64,000 nt of DNA from positions 401,751-465,750 of the forward strand of contig OZ037773.1 in assembly GCA_964035545.1 (NCBI GenBank). Direction: 5' to 3'. The translations under genes were made by a program, and so were the position numbers. Below, one piece after another: positions 40,747-52,100 of this stretch. Source of the stretch: Bugula neritina. Taxonomy: Eukaryota > Animalia > Bryozoa. Each line of letters starts with the position of its first letter. The stretch's first letter is position 1. The notes under the pieces are model-generated. The model saw only the letters and a list, made by a program, of their open reading frames with translations, did not search any database and was not told where the DNA came from.

Positions 40747-40877
40747 TTATCACTATTATGCCTATTTTATTCCGACAGTTACTTTCTCTATAATCAACTT
40801 GCAGTAAGTATAATATAAGCTGTTAACCAATATATCAAAAGTAAAAAATAAAACGATAATCATCAATGCATATAGCT

Positions 40878-41870
40878 GTTATTACTATTATGTTGTATCA
40901 CAGCTTTTTTGCTGGTGTAGCCTTCTACTATCGGCCTAGTTCCATTAAGCTGGGATGGATAGAACTGTCCTCAAGATGGGAGCTGATTTTAATAAGACCG
41001 CCTGCTGAATCAGTGAGTATTTGTTTTCAGCTACTCCAAGTAGTGCCATCCAATCTACAGTCTTGTATGTAGCTCCAAGAGCTCCAATAACAATGGGATG
41101 ACTATCTTGATGTTTTCTAAAGGTGGTTAATGTTAGTGCTAAATCTTGATATTTTCCTATCTTCTCCAACTCTTTTTTTTACTCTGTAGTCACCAGGGAC
41201 TGCAGTATCGATGATTGTTGTTTCAGCATTATGCTTGTCAATTGCCATTATATAAGGCATCCTAGCTTTGATGACTTTGTTGGTGTGTATGTTGAAATCC
41301 TACAAGATTTTTAAATTGTCATTTTCTAGTACTGATTCTGCTCAGTGGCCATACTAATTCTTGCTTTTCTGAAATCCACGAAGTTCACACAACTCCCAGC
41401 GAATTACTGATGCCACATGGTCGTATCTTTTCTTATATTCTCCTTGTTCTAACTTCTCACATTTACTTAGTATATGCATCATAGTTTGGTCCCTTGCATT
41501 ACACATCCAACACCTCTTGCTACCCTGTTCTTTTATTAGAGCCACCTCATAATTTCTAGTCGGGGGGTGCTTGATCTTGTGCGGCCAACAGCAGTCCTTC
41601 TGTTTCTTTTTCCAACCAACCAGTCCTAGAAGTATGTTTTCATTTCTTCCACATTTTTGATGTACTAACCATGTAGAGCCTTTTCTTTCCACTCATCAGT
41701 TCTTTCTATCACTTTATCGTTCTTGAGTTCCACCGCAGTTGTGTCCTTTAGGAAGGCATTCAGTGTGGTTTCTCCACAATTACATGTTCTTTTTTGTAAT
41801 CTGACATGCTGCATTCTTCAATCCTTACACATTCTTCAATGGAAACCATTCCTCTGCTGCCTACGTTTCT
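40878..41870 (-). mobile_element. 5'-truncated, decayed R4/Dong-type non-LTR retrotransposon (restriction-like endonuclease)
   Basis: CCHC knuckle CWMC...HILSKC, YKKRYDHVA..I.WELC, DFNIHT..VIKAR.P, IIDTAVPGD, EKIGKYQDL, PIVIGALG; in-frame stops; degenerate (TAA)-like tail near 40880-40890. Confidence 0.88.
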
Positions 41871-42799
41871 TCTAACTTACAGCTTGTCCACATCTGCTCT
41901 TAATAGTCTATACGTGTGTGTGTGTGCGTGCGTGCGTGCGTGTGTGTGTGCGTTCGTATGTATTATACTACTTCTATCAGTAAAAGCAGGTCCACCAGGC
42001 ATACATCTATGCCACACGAGCAGGCTACGAGTTGGACTTGGTTGTTAGAAGCTATTCATGACGCGTACCTAAAGAAACACTTTTTGACAGTATAATCTTA
42101 TCCTCACTGCTGCTCCTCAGCTATAACAACCTCTTATGATATGCTAATAATTATTATAGGAATAATTATAGAAATAATTATCAGTGCGAGTATCACAATG
42201 ACAATGACAATATCCATTATTATAATCATGATCAACATCACCATGAGCTAGGCATGACAATAGTCATCATATGATGATAATCATTACAATTATAATCTTG
42301 TAATATGGATATAACTATTAGCATTACTAACGTGAAGATAATAAATTGAAAATAATAATATCACTATCAGTATAACTTAAAGTAAATAGTAACATCAATA
42401 CTCATACTGGTATTGAGATTTTGATAACAATATCATCATCATCATGATTTGCCATTATGATAATCAAATCATTATTGTTATGATAATCGACATCATTATA
42501 ATTTAGATTATAAATTAAAATATAATTATAAGTTATTATACTTTATACTTATTGTATTTGTTATAGTTTATGATACATTTTGACTTATAGTTATAGTTTA
42601 ACTTTAAGTTATAGTTATTATTGTAAATAAAATTATGATTAGGAGTTTTAATCAATTAAATAATTTACTATAAGTTTAAAGCAAACGATACTTATTAGAA
42701 TTATTCTTGATCACAATGATTATGGGAAAAGTGGTATAATAGTTATACCCACAATGATAATGTTTATGTTAATAATAATGATAATCATAATAATAATAA

Positions 42800-43148
42800 T
42801 TCGCAATCCGTCTGCTAGGAAGGGAACGGAAGTATAACTTAATAAAACCCTAATACTGTGCGCGCTACAACTCTGACTATCGGGATACGTTCGTGTTATT
42901 AGTCTAATTGCTTGATTGGATCAAAGGACTGATGCATCGTATAACTATTGGCCTTACCATGGTAGAAGACTCATGAGCGAACGAATTAAAACAGTTGAAG
43001 AATATACCACGTGCTAAATAGAAGATTTATAGCAATAAATAGTAGAGAAAATTATTAGAATTTTCGACATATAAGAGGCTGAGTTATTCAACGTGTATGC
43101 TCAGCTTGGCGTGCTCGTGAGCCAGTGCTATTTCATAACAGCGCCAAC
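42800..43148. promoter_or_regulatory. Candidate bidirectional promoter between MLH3 and TXNDC16
   Basis: Locally CpG-richer; CGGAAGT (ETS-like) at about 42827, two ATTGG (reverse CCAAT) at about 42915 and 42947, CCACGTG at 43007. Minus-strand ATG...TG|GTAAGG mini-exon at 42974-42958 and plus-strand ATG at 43149. Confidence 0.5.
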
Positions 43149-46100
43149 ATGGGTTCCTTCCAGTTGCTGGTTAAATCAGTACTGCTACTAGTGTTTCTGT
43201 GTATGTTTAAAAATTCAATTGCCACATCATCTGACGAAATAAAATCATTTAGTAATGTATTAACTCTAAAATCTCATGACGCTTGGATAAAGAGTCATGA
43301 TATAGCGTTAGTTTATTACCACGATCGAGAGTCTAACATTTCAGGTAATACTAATAATTTTACTTTCACTTTGACTTTCAGTGAGTTTAAGTTTAAATTT
43401 GAAGTTTGATAATATTAAATAAGTTAATATTAATATGAATTATTTCCTTTTAGCTTAGGCTTTGCCCTTGCGCTGTCACTGACTATTAAAGTCAATCCCA
43501 CATTACAGTTTGAGTTACACTAACACTTACTGAGTTACTGTTACTGTGTTAGTGTTAGTGTTAGTATTACTATTACTTTAAATTTAGTCAACAGTGTCAG
43601 TCACTATAAATATTGCTGCCAACAAAATAATCGAACGCCTCGATATTTAATTTAGGTATTGCATTGAATTTTAAATTTGTAAGAATGACTAAAAGTAAAC
43701 ACGTGAGTTTATTATTAATTAACTCACGTGTTTACCTTTAATTAAAATAAAAGAGTGAAACCGGTGTTAGAGCCGAGAGGCAACATATTTACATAAATGA
43801 TAAATTCAAATTGGTATATAAATATTATATTTTATAAACATACATGTAGTGATGCAAAGTTTGGAAGCTAAATTTGTTAAGAAAACTAATGAAAATGAAT
43901 GTCACTATATATGCATATAATCCATAAATCGATAGGAGTGTTTAGTTTTACACTCAAGTTGAAGTTCTAAACTCCTGAAACTGAAAGATCACGGTTTTTT
44001 GTAAAAGAAAAGCTTTTGCCCCACCTGGAATCGAACTACAGGCCTCCAAATTGTAAGTTAGCAGGCTAGCCATGGGGGCTACTGGGGATTCATAACACTG
44101 CAGTTTACTTGAAATTTAATTAACAATCTTTGAGCTTAGGCTGAAACTGCATTTAATTCTAGAGTTCACAAATATAAAAGAAACACTATGTGTATTCTGT
44201 TTAGGTTTAAATAACAAAACTTATTGGCATTTGCAGTGAGTATTTTATCATTTTTTATTTCTCATGCTTGCTATTTTAATTTAAATAATTTCTAGTCTTT
44301 TTTCACAACTTTAATCCAATAGTAATTATAAAATTAACAGAAAATGAGTTCAATAACTATTTTAGATGAATAAATGAAGTAATGGCTCACTTTCAGTTAT
44401 GCTTTGAATGGCTGTAAATGCAATGCTTAGCACTTGGTCTCATTATAATATTTTGAAGTGAAAGTAAATTGATTTCAACTTATAAAGTTTCATCTTAAGC
44501 TAATTATCTATAATAGCAGGTTAATCAACTAATCACAAACTACCCTTTCAAGCAAATTTCACCAGTGCTCCTGTGTAAAAAAGTCAAGTAATATGTGAGT
44601 GCTGTTTAAAAATTATTTTAATTTTTTTAGAATCTGACAGCCAAGAAATTGTAAGACTGATTGATGTCCTAGAAAGGAGTGCTGACAATTTGAACAAACA
44701 TGGCATCCACTTTGCTGTCGTGAGTTTGATGCTAATTCTCACCTGGCTGTGCATTTATTTTTTATGTTCAAATAAATGTTTTACCTGCATTTAAGTTAGT
44801 TTTTGTTGCAGAATTTATCTAATCACATGTCCAAGAAACTTATTACTGTATGTCACACTATCAGTACTGTATGTCACACTATCAGTACTGTATGTCACAC
44901 TATCAGTACTGTATGTCACACTAGTAGTACTGTATGTCACACTAGTAGTACTGTATGTCACACTATCAGTACTGTATGTCACACTAGTAGTACTGTATGT
45001 CACACTACCAGTACTGTATGTCACACTAGTAGTACTGTATGTCACACTACCAGTACTGTATGTCACACTATCAGTACTGTATGTCACACTATTAGTACTG
45101 TATGTCACACTATCAGTACTGTATGTCACACTATTAGTACTGTATGTCACACTACCAGTACTGTATGTCACACTACCAGTACTGTATGTCACACTATCAG
45201 TACTGTATGTCACACTATCAGTACTGTATGTCACACTAGTAGTACTGTATGTCACACTATCAGTACTGTATGTCACACTAGTAGTACTGTATGTCACACT
45301 ACCAGTACTGTATGTCACTATCAGTACTGTATGTCACACTATCAGTACTGTATGTCACACTATCAGTACTGTATGTCACACTATTAGTACTGTATGTCAC
45401 ACTACCAGTACTGTATGTCACACTACCAGTACTGTATGTCACACTATCAGTACTGTATGTCACACTATCAGTACTGTATGTCACACTAGTAGTACTGTAT
45501 GTCACACTATCAGTACTGTATGTCACACTATCAGTACTGTATGTCACACTATCAGTACTGTATGTCACACTATCAGTACTGTATGTCACACTAGTAGTAC
45601 TGTATGTCACACTATCAGTACTGTATGTCACACTATCAGTACTGTATGTCACACTATCAGTACTGTATGTCACACTGTCAGTACTGTATGTCACGCTATA
45701 GTACTGTATGTCACACTGTCAGTACTGTATGTCACGCTATAGTACTGTATGTCACACTGTAGGCCATTTGTGAAGAAATATCCAACACTGAAAGATGTTC
45801 GTCAAAGAAGGACCCTAAAGATGTGGCAGTTTACAGGTGATTGCTGTTGTTTGACTCACTAAATATTTACTGTTTGCTTAAAAAAATTTTCCTACTGAGT
45901 TGCTATAGTCTATTTGATTGTCATTAGATAAACAACCAGGAAGTTAAATGCTGCTCAACAAGATACCCCAGGTGTGCTGAGGTATAAAATCAGTTCATTT
46001 AAAGTAGTAGAGCATGCGTTCTACTCAAAGGTTATATTGGTGTCGATTTCAGTTCTATTTTACTATCAGCTGTTCTTGTTTTACATGCTCAGCTTATATA

Positions 46101-49100
46101 AAATTCCTCTCAGCTGCGTGCTAGCTACAAGTGATGAAGTGCTAATGTAGTGTACACACTGACTGCTAGCTAGTCTACTCAACTATCTGAAACTCTACAC
46201 TTACCCTTCTGAATATTGCGCACCTAGGCGGCTCTCTCCATCTTCTGAGTGAACAGTCCTCTTCCCTTTTTGATATTTTTGTCTCCCTACCTTGTAACAC
46301 ATAGTTTATAATTGTGTGTGTATTGAATGGTTCTATAAGCAGCTCAGAGCTGGGGGTGAATGAGTTCAGTAGTTTAGGTTCTCCAGTCTGGAGTTGGGGG
46401 TTTAGTGGAACCATTCGTGTGTATACTGTATGTGTTGATGCCAATAACCGACATCAGAAGCTGTTTTTATGCTGGCTGTTTGAATCATGAATGAAGAGAT
46501 TCAGTTCTATTATTTGACTGACTGGCTAAAGATATTACAGAGTTGCTACTTCCTGACACAAGTCTATGAACTGTTGCAGTGGCACGAGGCACAACACCAG
46601 GCACAACACCGGAGTGAATTATTATACATTATATTGTATTGAACATCTCACAAAATAGTATTAATATATGATATATAACAAATATTATGTAATGGTTTAA
46701 AATAATATCTACTATATTATATAACATATGATGTGATTGTGTTCAACCACTTTTTACCATTGCTCTGGTTCTAGGTGCATTATTTCAGCAAAGTTCAATG
46801 TCTTAGATTAGCTGAAGTTCTACTACAATACCAGTGGTTGGGGGGCCATCATGCAAACATGGGTGGCTGATGCACATCATACTAACCTTTGTTGCTGTAT
46901 ACCACTGCGATGCCAACATTCTATCCTCTCTGTTTATTATGTCTTACTATCTTACAATAGCTTTGTCTGTTAACAAGGTTATAAGGTTGCCTTTTTATAT
47001 CTGTGATTGGCCTAATACACTAGTTCATTATCAAACAACTATTTAATGTCAATCGCTATTAAATAGATGAAAAATTTAAGTTTTATGTGTTTGAAGCAGT
47101 ATTTGTTTTAACCACTTATTGTAAATAAGCCATGAGTTAATAAAAACAAGTTAAATTTTAATTTATACCATAATAATGTTAACCCAATTGGTAAAAAAGG
47201 GTTAAAAGGCAATTTTCTAGGACAAAAGAGGTAAATCAATTCTAGATTTTTAATTTTTGGGATTGTAAAAACCGGTCTGTCAAACTAAACTAGAATTTGA
47301 CATGAGACATGAGCAAAAGACACTCTAACATACTAGATTCTACTACATCAGATACATCTGAACAGGCAATACGTTATGCCATGGGCTACGGCCACCCTTA
47401 ATTTTTAGTCACAATTTTTTGCGAGAGACAGTTTCATAGGTGTATAACATTCCTTGAGAATATTACCACATACGCAGAATTTACCAATGATTAGTATTAA
47501 TGTGTTCCACTCACCCTTTTTTGCATGTTGATAACCCACTATAAATAATACCATTGTTCTTGTTTCATACGAGTCTTATCATGTTATTGTTACTATTTCA
47601 GACATGGCGTATACATGACAGAGTTGGCTCCTGGTGTGCTGTTTGACGAAGATGCCGTGATTTCAAACTGTTTGGAGTACGTAACGTTATATTACACAAG
47701 TCATGCTTTCTTACACAAGTTGCACCATACATCACTTAGATCTAATGATAATATATTAATTTGTGATACTATTACATATCCATTACAATTGATTGGTTTA
47801 CTGAAATGTTACCATTAGCAGTGCCACCCTGTCCATGCCATACTTTTACAGCTGTGAATAGTGTTTCACTTGCAGGCTTCTACTCCGTGATAAAGTTCCT
47901 CTACTACAAAAGCCCGAGCAGCTCCGAGATCACATGACCGCTTCGATTCAGAAGTCCAGCCACTTCCTGTTTATGATTGTTCACGGCATCGGTGCTAAAG
48001 GTTGGTCCCTTATATCTGTGTTTTCTGTCTGTTTCCTACTAACAGGTGTTCGCATGGCGGATTTATTCTACATGTATTAATTTTGCATTTCCTGTGATGA
48101 TAAACTGTTTAGCTCAGTTCCAGGGCATAACCACCTGGCCATGTGTTTATTAACAGAATAATGTAGTTATGATACTAAGGTAGTTTGCACTCAATACCTC
48201 AACCAGTAGACTACAGTTTGTATTTATGTATTCTTTTTACAAATGGTAACTTCATCAATGTTCTTCATCTTCCATCCCATGGTGTATGCAAATCCAGTCT
48301 CTCTAATATTTAAATCAACATGATGGAGTAATACAATGCAATTTTACAAGCTCCAATATTGTTGTATACCAGCAAATAGGGTTTGTACCTCTGGTATTGC
48401 TTGGTAGCAGTAGGTTCGTTTTATCTGGGTGCAATCTTCCTTTCAACTGGCAATGCATAGTTTTTGTGAAATGGTTTTGGTTTTCTTTTAGAACACTCTC
48501 ATCTGCTGCAGATTGCCCACCATCACACTGGGTCTCTCACCTTCGCTCACTCCACATCTCACAACATATTGGAAGGATTTGAAATCAAGTGAGTGTGTTG
48601 TACAGTCTTATCTTAATCTTACTCACTCACTCACTCACTCATTACTCACTCACTCACTACTCACTCACTACTTACTCACTACTCACTCACTCATTACTCA
48701 CTCATTACTCACTCATTACTCACTCATTACTCACTCATTACTCACTCATCACTGTTTACTCAGTATTCACTCACTCTCTACTCACTTGGTTTGGCTACCA
48801 AAAAGGTAATGAAATTTCAACAAACAAAACAGGTATTAAATTTTTTTTTGAAATTTTCTTTTCACAAAAAAGAATCGCATAAACAAAACAGAAACTCTAA
48901 AGTAAAATAGTCAGACTCAACTTATTATGAAATGGTTTTTATAAATATAATAAATTTATAAATATATTATATGCTGGTAGTTGAAATTAATTCATCTGTT
49001 ATCTATTAAAGTGATGTTGAATGGGTTAAACGATGAAGATAAGAGACATTATAAGAGCATGCAGTATTATCAGCCATTACTTCAAGTGCTAGTTAAAGAG

Positions 49101-52100
49101 CTAGTGGCTGTAGAGTTAGTGGATTAAATATTAGTACTTGATGGCTAATAAAGTATTCTCCCTGCTTCTAGAATATGCCATTACCTGTGCCATATATACA
49201 TACGCTATATATGTACATTACTGTGTATATACACTATATAAGTACACTACTATATATGTAAACAGTAGAGTACTTACACAGTAGTGTAGTGTACATATCT
49301 AGTGTACTTGTGTTTCACTGTAGAATGTAGATGTCTTTGCTGTGTTTACCACACTATCTAAGAAATATGCACTTAGAAGGGGGTGAATCTCTCATTCCAT
49401 TATGTTGGTTTGAACACAGATCTACTTCTGTCTCCAATAACTTCGATACTTGGTTATAGCAGAAAAAGTTGTGGTAGTTGTCTTCTTTTTTCCAACTTGA
49501 GTATTGCTTGTCATATGTCATGTGAATGGCTTGAGAGAACGCTAGAGTTGTGTACAGCATACTGTATTGGCATGAAGAAGTAAATTATATAGCATACACG
49601 ACCCAGAAGTAGTGAATGAGTGGCTTGTGCAGTTTTGTTGGGAGTGGAGGATTTTTCATAATTGATTTATCACTTTAAGTCTAGGGAGAATCCCATAAGC
49701 ATGGCTTAGACCTGCTATTCACATTTCATATATTGTTGAAACTAAGTTATAATGTGTGTTATAAGTATTGTTGAAAGTAGAATGCATCTATTGTACTGTA
49801 GCTGTGTGCCAAGAGCTTGCTAACTGTAACTCCAAACCTGTACAGCTTAAACATCTGTAATACAATCTCCCACTCTCTCCACCTCTTCTCTCTCCCTCTT
49901 TCCCCCTCCCTTTCTCCCACTCTCTCCCCCTCTCCCTCTTTCCCCCTCCCTTTCTCCCGTTCCTCCTCCTCAACCCCCTCTCTCTCACCCCCCCTCTCTC
50001 AAAAAGTTTAATAATGAAACTGTTTAATTTAAGGCATTATCTTCGTGCATAATTCAATGCAAGCACTTCTGATTGTATATCTCACCTCTGATGGAAACTT
50101 ATGGCTCATCTGAACAAACGATTAGGTTGGATCTGGTCTTATTAAATAATCAATTTCATTAGCATGTGTTTTGGAATTGTCGGCTCTCTTATTTCCAGTG
50201 CCCAGTCCTCGAGTGCAGCCAAGGACCTTGACCTTGACAATAGTCAGGTGCGTCTCTTGTACTTCAACTGCGGTAAAGGAAGAGTTGCCGGCAAGGGGGC
50301 GTGTGACATCCACCACTACCTGGGCAGTTTCAAGATGGCAGCACTGCAGGTGTATATAGACATGCTAGAGGCACCTGCTGATATACCGGTAGGTTGACAG
50401 CATATCTGGCAGCATATAATACATGACTGTAGCAAGTTTGTCTGAACCACGAGATATTTTAGTCATAATACTTTATGTTGTATTTAAAACCACAAGCACT
50501 GCAGTCTTGTTGGTTTTGTAGAGTGAAGAAGCATATAAAAGGAAGTTGCCTGTCACTGTCTGCTATTATATGGACCAATCAGGTAAAGAGAAAGCAGAAG
50601 TTCTGACCAATCAAATGTCAGAAGAGATGAAAGGCTCCATGTTGTTTTATGCAAGCAACAGGTAAGTGTGGAATTGCTGTGAAGTCTTTCTTCTCTTTAA
50701 TTAGCTCACTTTAGATGGTTAGATGTGTTGGTGTGGTTGGATGTGTTGGTGTGGTTGGATGTGTTGATGCTTGAAGAAAACCCTTGACATGTATATGACA
50801 ATGTTTATATGACTATATAATATAGTGAAAGTATCTGGTAATGTTTATATGACTGTATATATTATATGTTTATATCACTGTATATATTATATTATGTTTA
50901 TATGACTGTATATATTATATGTTTATATGACTGTATATATTATATGTTTATATGACTGTATATATTATATGTTTATATGACTGTATATATTATAGTGAGA
51001 GTGTGGGAGCTGGGCTCAAACTTAACCAAAGTGACACAATCTGTAGTATAAAAGCAACCGAGCAACATCTGGTATGTAGCGTCTAATGGGCCTCAGTCTA
51101 TTGTAGACAGTGGGCCTCAGTCAATTGTAGACAGTGGGCCTTAGTCTATTGTAGATAGTGGACCTTAGTCTATTGTAGACAGTGGGCCTCTGTTTCTTGA
51201 GGAATACAATACAAGTGCGGTACATTTTTATGTGGTTTTCATAAGAACTTCAGTATTACTCGCATCAGTTGATATTACAACTCCCATCCTTGCTCCCTAG
51301 ACCTTGGGTTTGCTCTAACCCCTATACCACGGCTGCTTCCATCAATTAAGCAGTTACAAGGAGGTATTGTCAATAATTAGGGTGTGTTTATCCGGGACAG
51401 TAGATTTACCTCTCCTTTTGCTCTGTGTAGGCGTTCAGTGACTACAGCAAGGTACGCGATGACGTACTTAAACTCATCTCCAGAAAACCCAATGAGCTCA
51501 AGACTTCTGAAGATGTTGAAGCAGATGCGCTGGATGAATTAATCGAAAGTAAGAGATTATTATTAGTATGACTACTTCAATATACAGATCACTTATACAG
51601 TATGTGTGTGTGTGACTACTTCAATATACATATCACTTATACAGTATGTGTGTGTATGACTACTTCAATATACATATCACTTATACAGTATGTGTGTATG
51701 ACTACTTCAATATACATATCACTTATACAGTATGTGTGTGTATGACTACTTCAATATACATATCACTTATACAGTATGTGTGTGTATGACTACTTCAATA
51801 TACATATCACTTATACAGTATGTGTGTATGACTATACTTCAATATACATATCGCTTATACAGTATGTGTGTATGACTACTTCAATATACATGTCACTTAT
51901 ACAGTATGTGTGTATGACTACTTGACACTACTCAGGTAAACTACTTGACACTACTCAGGTAAACTACTTGACACTACTCAGGTAAGCTACTTTACAATAC
52001 TCAGGTAAACTACTTGACACTACTTGTGTTTGTAGAGGTGGAGACAAGGGATGACTCGGTAGACTTGGCTGACCAGGCACTTGGAGCGAGGAAGAACCTG

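Noticed and set aside
44018-44090. Functional tRNA gene
   Set aside because: Acceptor and anticodon stems do not pair well; kept only as a tRNA-like remnant.
44803-45701. TVCHTIS / VTYSTDS repeat ORFs resembling mucin or adhesive proteins
   Set aside because: 21-bp intronic minisatellite open in multiple frames on both strands.
46131-46194. Possible intronic C/D snoRNA (GTGATGA ... CTGA ... CTGA)
   Set aside because: Weak terminal stem and no rRNA/snRNA complementarity that I could recognise; would need snoscan or Infernal.
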